A DNA stretch of 55,646 nt from Alkaliphilus sp. (GTDB taxonomy: Bacteria > Bacillota > Clostridia > Peptostreptococcales > NVVX01). The notes below the pieces were generated by a model. It saw nothing but the letters and a program-made list of their open reading frames with translations. It was not told the origin of the DNA and did not search any database. The stretch spans positions 1 through 55,646 of the forward strand of contig NVVX01000010.1 in the NCBI GenBank assembly GCA_002733545.1, written 5' to 3'. The position numbers were made by a program, and so were the translations under genes. Position 1 is the first letter of the stretch. Each line of letters starts with the position of its first letter. Below, piece after piece: positions 26,493-36,259 of the stretch.

Positions 26493-27582
26493 TGCTTTGT
26501 TAATGGGTACCGGAAATGAAGAAAGTGAAATTCGAGAAGATTTCAACGATGATGAAAAAGACGCAATAGGAGAAATCGGCAATATAAGCATGGGAACTGC
26601 AGCTACTACACTTTCAACTTTGTTGAATAATAGAGTTAATATTACAACACCAACTGTTTCATTGTTAAATATCGATGAAATAGCCGAACAATACCCAATA
26701 CCTTTTATAATTGTTGATGTTAAATACAAAGAAGGGCTACAAGGTCTTAATGTTCTAATCTTAAAAGAAGATGATGTTAAAATTATTACAGATTTGATGA
26801 TGGGTGGAAGTGGAGTGATTTCTGAAGATCCAATTAGTGAAATTCATCTTAGCGCGATTAGTGAAGCTATGAATCAAATGGTTGGTGCTTCTGCTACTTC
26901 TCTTTCAGAAATGTTTAATAAAAAAATTGATATTTTTCCTCCACGGACTTTTCGTATGGAAGCTATGCCAGGGAATTTTATGGAAATTTTTCCTGAACTT
27001 AAAGAAACGTTTGTGAAAATTTCCTTTAAAATGGTAATAGGCGATTTAATTGATAGTGAGATTATGCAGTTACTTCCGATTTCCTTTGCAAAAGAAATTG
27101 TAAATACATTGATGAACGCGTATTCAAACGAGCCGGCACAGACCACACTAAGTAATGAAAAAAACGAAAGCGTATCAGCGCGCAAACAAGAAGCACAAAA
27201 GGAGACGACGTACGATAACTCTATACCAGCAGAAATGCCAGAAACTAAACCAGTTAATAGAGAGCCAGTAAATGTACAACAGGTTGCGTTTCAGTCGTTT
27301 GACAATGTTGTTTCGCGAGGTACGCCAGAGAATATACAACTTATTCAAGATGTTCCTTTGAATGTAACAGTTGAACTTGGAAGAACTACGAGGAAAATTA
27401 GTGAAATATTAGAGTTTGGACCTGGAACAATTATCGAGTTAAATAAAATTGTAGGTGAAGCATTAGACATACTAATCAATGGTCAATATGTTGCAAAAGG
27501 TGAAGTTGTAGTAATTGACGAAAATTATGGAATTCGAATTACTGATATAGTAAGTCCTGAAAAACGATATAATAGGATTTAG
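26461..27582 (+). CDS. fliY: Flagellar motor switch phosphatase FliY (CheC-like N-terminus plus FliN C-terminus)
   Basis: MSEMLSQEEIDALL; CheC-type motifs DAIGEIGNISMGTAAT and AISEAMNQMVGASAT; FliN/SpoA C-terminus (VTVELGRT...ILINGQYVAKGEVVVIDENYGIRITDI). ATG 26461 lies 9 nt after GGGAAGGAG (the track ORF starts at ATG 26452). Confidence 0.9.
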   Translation: MSEMLSQEEIDALLMGTGNEESEIREDFNDDEKDAIGEIGNISMGTAATTLSTLLNNRVNITTPTVSLLNIDEIAEQYPIPFIIVDVKYKEGLQGLNVLILKEDDVKIITDLMMGGSGVISEDPISEIHLSAISEAMNQMVGASATSLSEMFNKKIDIFPPRTFRMEAMPGNFMEIFPELKETFVKISFKMVIGDLIDSEIMQLLPISFAKEIVNTLMNAYSNEPAQTTLSNEKNESVSARKQEAQKETTYDNSIPAEMPETKPVNREPVNVQQVAFQSFDNVVSRGTPENIQLIQDVPLNVTVELGRTTRKISEILEFGPGTIIELNKIVGEALDILINGQYVAKGEVVVIDENYGIRITDIVSPEKRYNRI

Positions 27583-27591
27583 ATTGTTATT

Positions 27592-27620
27592 TTGCACAAA
27601 ATATGTGGACTATTTATTAA
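27592..27620 (+). promoter_or_regulatory. Candidate internal promoter in the fliY-cheY gap
   Basis: TTGCAC (27592-27597), a 17-nt spacer, then TATTAA (27615-27620). AT-rich context, so this could be a chance match. Confidence 0.3.
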
Positions 27621-27627
27621 ACTAAGT

Positions 27628-27645
27628 ATATACTAATTAGTATAT
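27628..27645. promoter_or_regulatory. Perfect 18-bp palindrome (operator-like)
   Basis: ATATACTAATTAGTATAT is its own reverse complement. It lies 8 bp downstream of the candidate -10. Confidence 0.5.
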
Positions 27646-27752
27646 TAGTTGATTACTGCCTAGTTTTAATTGGGTAAACACCTCGTGCTTTATGCTCGTG
27701 TTTAGAATTAAAAATTTATATTGTTTATATGATTATTTAGGAGGAGTATTTA

Positions 27753-28115
27753 ATGGCAAAAGGAATATTAATAGTAGATGATGCAGCTTTTATGAGGATG
27801 ATGATTAAAGATGTATTAAGTAAAAATGGTTTTGATGTTATTGGTGAAGCGGAGAATGGCGTTAAAGCAATTGAAAAATATAAAGAGCTAACTCCAGATT
27901 TAACAATTATGGATATAACAATGCCTGAACTAGATGGAATACAGGCAGTTAAAGCAATAAAAAAGCATGATCCAAATGCCAAAGTAATAATGTGTTCAGC
28001 TATGGGACAACAAGCAATGGTAATAGAAGCTATTCAAGCAGGAGCGAAAGATTTCATTGTTAAGCCCTTTCAAGCAGATCGTGTAATAGAAGCGGTAAAA
28101 AAAGCATTAGGTTAA
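27753..28115 (+). CDS. cheY: Chemotaxis response regulator CheY
   Basis: 120-aa stand-alone receiver: ILIVDDAAFMR, DLTIMDITMPELDG, VKPF. Confidence 0.92.
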   Translation: MAKGILIVDDAAFMRMMIKDVLSKNGFDVIGEAENGVKAIEKYKELTPDLTIMDITMPELDGIQAVKAIKKHDPNAKVIMCSAMGQQAMVIEAIQAGAKDFIVKPFQADRVIEAVKKALG

Positions 28116-28128
28116 TTAAGGAGATATA

Positions 28129-28509
28129 ATGCGGGAATATATAGTTAATATTATTATTGCAATTTGTGTAATTGTAGTAGCTTACTTAGCAACAATTTTT
28201 CTTGGTCGTAAAACGAGTGTTTTGCTTAGTAGTCGTAGCACAAAAGTTTTAGAACGTGTAACAATAGGGCACCAACACAGCATTACTATTATACAAATTG
28301 GAAATAGAATATACATACTGTCAGTATATGCAAAAAATGTTGAATTCTTAGATTCTTATTCACTTGAGGAGTGGAAAGAAGCAAAGAGTGATACTGTAAA
28401 TATGGACTATGCTAAAGAGGGGAAAAGACTCAATGAACAATTTCCTTTCTTATCTAATAGCAGCATATTCAAAAAAATGATTTCGTTTTTTAAAAAAGGT
28501 GAGGAATAG
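28129..28509 (+). CDS. fliO: Flagellar biosynthesis protein FliO/FliZ
   Basis: 126 aa with a single N-terminal TM helix. Lies directly upstream of fliP, like B. subtilis fliZ. Confidence 0.7.
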   Translation: MREYIVNIIIAICVIVVAYLATIFLGRKTSVLLSSRSTKVLERVTIGHQHSITIIQIGNRIYILSVYAKNVEFLDSYSLEEWKEAKSDTVNMDYAKEGKRLNEQFPFLSNSSIFKKMISFFKKGEE

Positions 28510-28515
28510 AAATAG

Positions 28516-29307
28516 ATGAAAACAATAACTAAGGAATGTTTTATAGCCAAAAGAGTAGGTTTACTAGTATTGCTGCTTGTTATGATTATTGTCGCGTTAG
28601 GACTGCAGGAAGTGCATGCTGAACCCACCATTACAATTCCAAGAATTGGGTTTACAATAGATGATGCAGAGAATCCAGAACAAGTGACTACTTCATTGCA
28701 AATTTTGCTATTACTAACTGTTTTATCGCTTGCTCCCTCAATTTTGATTATGATGACCGCCTTTACTAGAATTATTATTGTATTATCTTTTTTGAGAAGT
28801 GCTATAGCAACACAACAAACTCCGCCAACACAAGTTTTAATTGGACTAGCCTTGTTTTTAACTTTTTTCGTGATGAGTCCAATTGCAAGTGAAATAAATG
28901 AAAATGCTATACAACCATACTTAGCAGAAGAAATTTCAGATGCTCAAGCTATTGAAAATGCAATGTTGCCAATTAGGGACTTCATGTTTAGGCAAACAAG
29001 AGAAAATGATTTAGCTCTTTTTCTTGAGATGTCAAATAGTGAAATGCCTAATGATTTAGATGAGATTTCAACCACTGTACTAATACCGGCCTTTATAATT
29101 AGCGAACTAAAAACTGCATTTCAGCTTGGGTTTATTTTATTTTTGCCTTTTATAGTACTAGATATGGTTGTAGCGAGTACGCTAATGTCAATGGGAATGA
29201 TGATGTTGCCACCTGCAATGATTTCCTTGCCATTTAAGATATTACTATTTATTATGGTAGATGGCTGGAATATTGTTATTAGGTCCTTAGTAACAGGATT
29301 TAACTAG
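28516..29307 (+). CDS. fliP: Flagellar export apparatus protein FliP
   Basis: Signal-like N-terminus, then the LLLTVLSLAPSILIMMTAFTRIIIVLSFLR core. Confidence 0.93.
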   Translation: MKTITKECFIAKRVGLLVLLLVMIIVALGLQEVHAEPTITIPRIGFTIDDAENPEQVTTSLQILLLLTVLSLAPSILIMMTAFTRIIIVLSFLRSAIATQQTPPTQVLIGLALFLTFFVMSPIASEINENAIQPYLAEEISDAQAIENAMLPIRDFMFRQTRENDLALFLEMSNSEMPNDLDEISTTVLIPAFIISELKTAFQLGFILFLPFIVLDMVVASTLMSMGMMMLPPAMISLPFKILLFIMVDGWNIVIRSLVTGFN

Positions 29308-29317
29308 AGGTGATAAA

Positions 29318-29587
29318 ATGGATGAGTCAATAGTAATCGAATTAGGACAACAGGCGATGTATACTATATTATTGCTGTCAGCACCTATGTTGGGGATTGG
29401 TTTGTTGGTAGGATTAGCAGTGAGTATTTTTCAAGCAACTACGCAAATCCAAGAGGCAACTTTAGCATTTATTCCTAAAATAGTCGCAATATTAGCGGCA
29501 ATAGTACTCTTTGGTCCATGGATGTTATCCGTGATAATTGACTATGCGACGGATTTGTTTGTGAACATAAATAACTTTGTGCAGTGA
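29318..29587 (+). CDS. fliQ: Flagellar export apparatus protein FliQ
   Basis: 89-aa two-TM protein (QATTQIQEATLAFIPKI). Confidence 0.9.
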   Translation: MDESIVIELGQQAMYTILLLSAPMLGIGLLVGLAVSIFQATTQIQEATLAFIPKIVAILAAIVLFGPWMLSVIIDYATDLFVNINNFVQ

Positions 29588-29647
29588 AGAACTAATGGGC
29601 AACAAAAATAGAGTGTAAGTATTTAAAAAAAGATTAAGAGTGGTGCT

Positions 29648-30430
29648 ATGGAGTTATTAAATAATATTATATTACAAGATTTTGGCTTGTTTCTTTTAAT
29701 TCTAGTCAGAATTTCCGGGATATTTGTTACTGCTCCAATTTTTGCAAGCAGAAGCATTCCTTCGCTAGCGAAGATTGGATTATCAGCAATTATTTCTTTT
29801 ATTTTACTTCCGATTTTAGGGCAGGGAATAGATATTGAATTTGACAATGCAATGCAAATTTTTATATATTCAATAAGCGAATTCTTAATTGGTATGATAA
29901 TAGGATATGTTGCATTTGTTTATTTTTCAACATTATTTCTAGCAGGGACAATTATCGATACGCAAATGGGATTTGGTATGGTAACTGTAATGGATCCTAA
30001 TATGAATGTACAAGTCCCAGTAATGGGGAATTTTTTTAACAATCTGGTTTCCTTTATTTTTATAGTGGTAAACGGGCACCATTTAATTATTAGAGCATTA
30101 ATTGGAAGTTATGATTTTTTACCAATAGGGTTTGAGTTCACAATTAGAACCACACTAGTAGATCATTTGGTGAGAATGTTTTCACAGTTTTTTATGTTGG
30201 CTGTGCAATTTAGTGCCCCTGTTTTGATTGCAATATTTTTAACGAATATCCTTTTAGGAGTTTTAGCTAGAACTATGCCACAGATGAATGTTTTTATTGT
30301 TGGTCTACCTTTAAAAATAGCTGTAGGGATGGTGATAGCAGTTATTATCATACAACATTTAGGATATTTCAGTGAGAAATTATTTGAATTAATGTTTATC
30401 TCTATTTACGAAACTATAAGGCTACTTTAA
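29648..30430 (+). CDS. fliR: Flagellar export apparatus protein FliR
   Basis: 260-aa polytopic membrane protein in the fliQ-flhB slot (LARTMPQMNVFIVGLPLKI). Confidence 0.88.
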   Translation: MELLNNIILQDFGLFLLILVRISGIFVTAPIFASRSIPSLAKIGLSAIISFILLPILGQGIDIEFDNAMQIFIYSISEFLIGMIIGYVAFVYFSTLFLAGTIIDTQMGFGMVTVMDPNMNVQVPVMGNFFNNLVSFIFIVVNGHHLIIRALIGSYDFLPIGFEFTIRTTLVDHLVRMFSQFFMLAVQFSAPVLIAIFLTNILLGVLARTMPQMNVFIVGLPLKIAVGMVIAVIIIQHLGYFSEKLFELMFISIYETIRLL

Positions 30431-30442
30431 AGGGCTGATTGT

Positions 30443-31528
30443 ATGGAACTTATTATTAATTTACAGTTATTTAATCAAGAAAAAACAGAAAAACATACGC
30501 AAAAGAAAATGCGTGAGTCAAGAGAGAAAGGTCAAGTTTTGCAGAGCAAAGAAGTCAATTCAGCTTTACTGCTGTTAACTTCATTTGTTACTTTGAGTGT
30601 ATTATCTAGGCATTTTGGAAGCACTTTACTTAGTGGAACATATTTCATATACAGCGAATATTTGAATCCTGATTTTGTGTTTACTATTGCAAATATTAAT
30701 AGACTCACTAAGATTGCTGCGTATAATTTATTGATGATTTTTGCGCCTCTAGCTGGAATAACTTTGGTAATAGGTTTGTTAATAAGCTATATGCAAGTCG
30801 GGTTTTTGTTTACCACTAAAACACTAGAAATAAAACTTAGCAGATTAAATCCAATCGAAGGGTTTAAGAGAATGTTCTCCTTAAAATCACTAGTGGAGCT
30901 AGTGAAATCATTTGTTAAAATTATACTGATTGGTTATATTGTTTATAGTTATATGAGAAATCGTATGGTAAGCATAACTAATACTGTTGCTATGGAAGTA
31001 GAATCAATTATTTCAGTTTTAAATAGTTTTGCAATAAGCATAGGGGTTCGTGCAAGTGCGGTACTAATTGTACTCGCTATACTTGACTATGCATATCAGA
31101 GATACGAGTATTACAAAGGGTTGAAAATGTCAAAACAGGAAGTAAAAGAAGAGTTTAAACAAACAGAAGGTAACCCGCAAATAAAATCTAAAATAAAAGA
31201 AAAACAGCGACAAATGTCTATGATGAGAATGATGCAAGATGTTCCAAAAGCAGATGTAATAATTACTAACCCGACACATATTGCCATAGCAATTCAATAT
31301 GACTCATCAAAAGCAGCTGCACCTAAACTCTTAGCTAAAGGGCAAGAATTTGTAGCTAAAAAAATAAGAGATGTAGCCAGTGAGCATGATATTCCAATTG
31401 TCGAAAATAAAAAACTGGCAAGAACTATGTATGAGATAGTTGAAGTTGGTGACTTCATACCGCAAGACCTATATCAACCTGTTGCTGAAATATTGGCATA
31501 TATTTATCAAACTAATAACAAAACATAA
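30443..31528 (+). CDS. flhB: Flagellar export switch protein FlhB
   Basis: NPTH autocleavage motif (VIITNPTHIAIAIQY). N-terminus TEKHTQKKMRESREKGQV. Confidence 0.93.
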   Translation: MELIINLQLFNQEKTEKHTQKKMRESREKGQVLQSKEVNSALLLLTSFVTLSVLSRHFGSTLLSGTYFIYSEYLNPDFVFTIANINRLTKIAAYNLLMIFAPLAGITLVIGLLISYMQVGFLFTTKTLEIKLSRLNPIEGFKRMFSLKSLVELVKSFVKIILIGYIVYSYMRNRMVSITNTVAMEVESIISVLNSFAISIGVRASAVLIVLAILDYAYQRYEYYKGLKMSKQEVKEEFKQTEGNPQIKSKIKEKQRQMSMMRMMQDVPKADVIITNPTHIAIAIQYDSSKAAAPKLLAKGQEFVAKKIRDVASEHDIPIVENKKLARTMYEIVEVGDFIPQDLYQPVAEILAYIYQTNNKT

Positions 31529-31540
31529 GGATGAATTAAT

Positions 31541-33568
31541 ATGAAATTTGGAGATATAATTGTTGCACTAGCAATCATTTCAATAGTATTTATTATAATT
31601 TTACCGATACCTTTAGTGTTGGTAGACATATTACTTAGTTTAAATATTTCTTTATCATTATTAATTATTTTGATTGCTATGTATGTTAAAGAACCTTTGC
31701 AATTTTCAATATTTCCATCACTGCTATTAATTACTACTTTATTCCGTTTAGGGCTTAATATTACAACTACAAGAAACATATTAGGTAAAGGAGAAACAGG
31801 TGATTTAATAGCAGCTTTTGGTGATTTTGTAATGCAAGGAAATGCAATAGTTGGATTTATAGTATTTTTAATTATTGTGATTATCCAATTTTTGGTTATT
31901 ACAAAGGGTTCTGAAAGAGTTGCTGAAGTTGCGGCAAGATTTACGCTAGATGCAATGCCAGGAAAACAAATGGCGATTGATGCTGACTTAAATGCAGGGT
32001 TACTCACTGATGAAGAAGCAAGAAGCAGGAGAAAAAATGTTCAAAGAGAAGCTGATTTTTATGGTGCAATGGATGGAGCTAGTAAGTTTGTAAAAGGTGA
32101 TGCTATTGCAGCAATTATAATAACTATGATTAATATACTTGCTGGATTTGTGCTAGGGATGACAATGGGAGGGTTAAGCTTTGGCGAATCGCTGCAGAAA
32201 TACACTCTGTTAACAGTAGGAGATGGGCTTGCAAGCCAGATACCTGCACTATTAATTTCTACCGCAGCAGGGATTGTTGTAACAAGGGCTGCTTCAGATG
32301 AAAATCTGGGGACAGATTTGTTTGATCAATTATTTAATGACCCTAAGATAATGTTCATCATATCGGGATTATTAGTTTTTTTAGCTATTACACCATTACC
32401 AACAATGCCTTTTTTGGTTTTAGCTTTCGTTTTCCTTTACATAGGAATTACACTGAGAAGTTCAATTAAGAAAATAGAAGATGAAGATGAACCAGATCTA
32501 ATTGATGAAGAAGCGCAAGATCTTAGAAAACCCGAAAATGTTATGCCACTACTAAATGTTGACCCTATTGAGTTAGAGTTTGGGTATGGTATAATTCCTC
32601 TTGCAGATGCAAGTCAGGGAGGAGATTTGTTTGATAGGCTAGTTATGATAAGAAGACAATGCGCACTAGAACTTGGAATAATCGTACCTATTATAAGATT
32701 ACGAGATAATATACAACTAGAGCCAAATCAATATATAATTAAGATTAATGGAATAGAAATAAGCAAAAGTGAAATTATGTTTGACCACTATATGGCAATG
32801 AATCCAGGTGGAGCTAGTGATGGCATTGAGGGAATAGATACAACTGAACCTGCATTTAATTTGCCCGCTAAATGGATTAATGAACAAGAAAGAGAAAAAG
32901 CAGAAATTTTAGGATACACTGTCGTGGATCCACCTTCTGTTATTGCAACACATTTAACTGAAATTATTAAAAGACATTCTTCTGAATTATTAAGCAGACA
33001 GGAAGTTAAGAAATTAATTGATAATATTAAAGAAACTCAACCCACTTTAGTGGACGAACTTATACCTAACCAAATGACGATTGGAGAAATACAGAAAGTG
33101 CTTAAAAACTTATTAAAAGAAGGAGTTTCAATAAGAAATATGGGATCAATCCTAGAAGCTTTAGCTGATCACGCTAGCTTAACTAGAGATACAGACATGC
33201 TTACAGAATATGCAAGGCAATCGCTAGCAAGATTTATTTCGAAGCAATTTATTACTACTCATCCTGCTAAAGTAATTACTGTTGATAAGGGCTTAGAACA
33301 AAGAATTATTGATTCGATACAACAAACAGATAGAGGGAATTACGTTTCCATGGATCCAGAAATATTACAGGCGCTTCTAGCAAGTTTATCTGGTTTAATT
33401 CAAAAATTGCTATCTTTAGGCGAACAACCTATAGTAATAACAGCACCGATTGTCAGACTGTATTTTAAAAGATTGAGCGAACAATTAGCGCCAGATTTAA
33501 TTGTTCTTTCATACAATGAAATAGATGCGTCAGTTGAAATTGATTCAATAGGGATGGTGAGCATATAA
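31541..33568 (+). CDS. flhA: Flagellar export gate protein FlhA
   Basis: FHIPEP-family motifs (RFTLDAMPGKQMAIDADL, FYGAMDGASKFVKGDAIA). 675 aa. Confidence 0.95.
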   Translation: MKFGDIIVALAIISIVFIIILPIPLVLVDILLSLNISLSLLIILIAMYVKEPLQFSIFPSLLLITTLFRLGLNITTTRNILGKGETGDLIAAFGDFVMQGNAIVGFIVFLIIVIIQFLVITKGSERVAEVAARFTLDAMPGKQMAIDADLNAGLLTDEEARSRRKNVQREADFYGAMDGASKFVKGDAIAAIIITMINILAGFVLGMTMGGLSFGESLQKYTLLTVGDGLASQIPALLISTAAGIVVTRAASDENLGTDLFDQLFNDPKIMFIISGLLVFLAITPLPTMPFLVLAFVFLYIGITLRSSIKKIEDEDEPDLIDEEAQDLRKPENVMPLLNVDPIELEFGYGIIPLADASQGGDLFDRLVMIRRQCALELGIIVPIIRLRDNIQLEPNQYIIKINGIEISKSEIMFDHYMAMNPGGASDGIEGIDTTEPAFNLPAKWINEQEREKAEILGYTVVDPPSVIATHLTEIIKRHSSELLSRQEVKKLIDNIKETQPTLVDELIPNQMTIGEIQKVLKNLLKEGVSIRNMGSILEALADHASLTRDTDMLTEYARQSLARFISKQFITTHPAKVITVDKGLEQRIIDSIQQTDRGNYVSMDPEILQALLASLSGLIQKLLSLGEQPIVITAPIVRLYFKRLSEQLAPDLIVLSYNEIDASVEIDSIGMVSI

Positions 33569-34713
33569 TGAAGGTGAAAAGATTTTGTGCACCTAACAAT
33601 TACGAAGCGATGGCACAAGTGAAAACAGAACTAGGCGCAGAAGCCATAATTCTACATCAACGAAAAGTTAAACCTAAAGGCATTTTTGGCTTTTTTAGAA
33701 AAGCTCATATTGAAGTTGTAGCTGCAGTTGAAGAAACTTCTGTGAGACGAAATAAAATTCTCGAAACACAAAAATCGGTCAATACAAATCCTGCTAATAA
33801 TACGAATATAACGAGTTCAAGTAAAGGTGTTTCAAGCCAGATTAAAGAACTCAAGGATATGCTTACAGTTGTTGTCAATAAAACAAATAGAGACTTATTG
33901 CCTGATATTATTAAAAACAGCGATAACCCTAAAATCATTGATATATACAATAAGCTAGCAAATCAGAATATTGAGGAAGCCATAGCTGATAAAATACTAG
34001 AAGAGTTAGTTAATATTAGCAAAAAAGAACTAGATTCTAAGCCTGTAGAAGAATTATTTAGTGAAAAATTAAGAGAGTTTCTGTTAGATTGTGTTAGTAT
34101 AGACAATCATGATGTGACCCCTAAAATCATTTTTTTTGTAGGACCTACAGGAGTAGGAAAAACAACGACAATAGCAAAGTTAGCTGCAAAATACTCGCTA
34201 GAAGAGGGGAAAAGTGTGGGACTAATTAGTGCGGACACATATCGTATAGCAGCAGTTGAACAGTTGAAAATTTATTCGGACATTCTAAATATACCTCTAG
34301 AAATTATATATAATTCATCTGAAATTGATAAGTCGCTGGAACGCTTGAGTAAAAATGATATTATTATGGTGGATACCGCTGGACGAAACCATAACAATGA
34401 TAAGCAAGTTTTGGAATTGAAAAACTTACTAGATGTAGTTAAAGAAAAAGATATATATCTTACCTTAAGCTGTACATCGAGTAATGATGATTTAAAAGAA
34501 ATAATTAATGCTTATGATTTCATCAGTGACTATAAAATTATTTTAACTAAAATAGATGAAGCAAGTACTTATGGAGCTATTGTAAATATTGCTACATATA
34601 CGCATAAACAACTTTCATATATCACTACTGGGCAAAGCGTACCAGATGATATTGAAATTGTCACTATTGATAGAATAATTAACCTTCTAACAAGGGGGAA
34701 TAGCGATGAATGA
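33568..34713 (+). CDS. flhF: Flagellar SRP-type GTPase FlhF
   Basis: G1 GPTGVGKTTTIAKLA, G3 DTAGR and a TKIDE-type G4 (LTKIDE). Confidence 0.9.
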   Translation: MKVKRFCAPNNYEAMAQVKTELGAEAIILHQRKVKPKGIFGFFRKAHIEVVAAVEETSVRRNKILETQKSVNTNPANNTNITSSSKGVSSQIKELKDMLTVVVNKTNRDLLPDIIKNSDNPKIIDIYNKLANQNIEEAIADKILEELVNISKKELDSKPVEELFSEKLREFLLDCVSIDNHDVTPKIIFFVGPTGVGKTTTIAKLAAKYSLEEGKSVGLISADTYRIAAVEQLKIYSDILNIPLEIIYNSSEIDKSLERLSKNDIIMVDTAGRNHNNDKQVLELKNLLDVVKEKDIYLTLSCTSSNDDLKEIINAYDFISDYKIILTKIDEASTYGAIVNIATYTHKQLSYITTGQSVPDDIEIVTIDRIINLLTRGNSDE

Positions 34714-35599
34714 CCAAGCTACAAAATTGAGAGAGTTAATAAATGCTAAAAAGATCTTTGATGTTAATAAAAAAAATCAAGTAAATATAAACACAGATCA
34801 AGCTAGAACTATTTGTATTACTAGTGGAAAAGGTGGAGTCGGGAAAACAAACTTTACAGTTAATTTAGCGATTGCTCTTAGTAAATATAATCTCAAGGTT
34901 GTAATTTTGGATGCAGATTTAGGGCTAGCAAATGTAGATGTAACACTAGGAATATTATCTAAATATAACTTACTAGATTTGATTACCAACAATATGAGTG
35001 TTTTAGATATAATGACTGATGGACCAAACGGAATTAAAATAATATCTGGAGGGTCGGGTATTTTGGAACTAGTGAATCTGAATCAGCATGATGTAAATAA
35101 TCTAATTAGTAAAATAGAGATAATAAATGATTATGCTGATGTTATTCTAATTGATACGGGTGCAGGGCTTTCAAATTCAGTAATATCATTTGCACTGGCA
35201 GCTGAAGAAATTATTGTAATCGCAACCCCAGAACCACCTTCTATAACGGATGCCTATGCGATGATAAAAACTATAAAAAAAAGAGACAAAAACAAAAGAA
35301 TTAGAATTGTGATTAATCGTGCAGATAGCGAAAGTGAAGGGAAAATTGCTTTTAATAAATTGAAGTATGCATCTGAACGGTTTTTAAATACTAGCATTGA
35401 AAAATTGGGGATTATGCGCGAAGACCCAATAGTCAGCAGATCAATTAAACTACAGCAACCGCTAATTTTGCAATATCCAAATAGTTTAATTAGTAAAAAC
35501 ATAGAGTGCATTGCTTCAAAGTTACTAAACAAATCAAGCATAAATTATGAGAAAGATAGAGAGAACTTTTTTGCAAGAGTTGTAAAATTATTCAAGTAG
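34706..35599 (+). CDS. flhG: MinD/ParA-type ATPase FlhG (YlxH)
   Basis: Deviant Walker A SGKGGVGKT. Position after flhF. Confidence 0.88.
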   Translation: MNDQATKLRELINAKKIFDVNKKNQVNINTDQARTICITSGKGGVGKTNFTVNLAIALSKYNLKVVILDADLGLANVDVTLGILSKYNLLDLITNNMSVLDIMTDGPNGIKIISGGSGILELVNLNQHDVNNLISKIEIINDYADVILIDTGAGLSNSVISFALAAEEIIVIATPEPPSITDAYAMIKTIKKRDKNKRIRIVINRADSESEGKIAFNKLKYASERFLNTSIEKLGIMREDPIVSRSIKLQQPLILQYPNSLISKNIECIASKLLNKSSINYEKDRENFFARVVKLFK

Positions 35600-35608
35600 G
35601 AGGTTTGT

Positions 35609-36259
35609 ATGGGTATAATTTCTGAACTAAAAATTGGAATCAAGCTGGAGATTGCTCAGACCAGTGATGAAAGCTACTATAATAAACAAATTATTACTTC
35701 GCAGCTAATAGATAAGAACGAGGAGTTTTTATTTATTTCTCAACCAATGTTTAAGGGAATGTCGTACCATCTATATGTAACAGATAAAATAAAGATAATT
35801 TTTAACGATAAAGATAAAGGAACTTTTCATATAATTGCCGAAGTAATAAGTAAGAAAACAAATAAAATCACAATTTACGGAGTTAAGCCGATTGGAGAGC
35901 CTGTTGCAGTACAAAGAAGAGAATATTTTAGGATTGACATGCTTAAGAATGTGGTTATTAGGGAAACAGATGTTACTAGAGAGATCGATTGTTTTTCTAA
36001 AAATATTAGTGGCGGTGGAGTAAAGCTTATTTGCAGAAAAAAAATAGATGTAGGTAGTACTATCAATATCAAGCTACATTTTAAAGAAGGTGTAATGATA
36101 ACAACTCAAGGGAAAATAAAAAAGGCAATTAAGCTTGAGGAGGATAATAGATATGAGCTTAGTATTGAATTTGTAAATTTACGAGAAGGAACAAGAAACA
36201 GAATTATTTCTTTCATTTTCGAGCACCAAAGACTATTAAGAAAAAGAGGTTTGATTTAA
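35609..36259 (+). CDS. PilZ-domain c-di-GMP receptor (YcgR/MotI-like flagellar brake candidate)
   Basis: Both c-di-GMP-binding motifs are intact: RxxxR in QRREYFRIDM and N-x-S-x-x-G in NISGGGVKL. About 216 aa with a YcgR-N-like first half. Confidence 0.8.
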   Translation: MGIISELKIGIKLEIAQTSDESYYNKQIITSQLIDKNEEFLFISQPMFKGMSYHLYVTDKIKIIFNDKDKGTFHIIAEVISKKTNKITIYGVKPIGEPVAVQRREYFRIDMLKNVVIRETDVTREIDCFSKNISGGGVKLICRKKIDVGSTINIKLHFKEGVMITTQGKIKKAIKLEEDNRYELSIEFVNLREGTRNRIISFIFEHQRLLRKRGLI

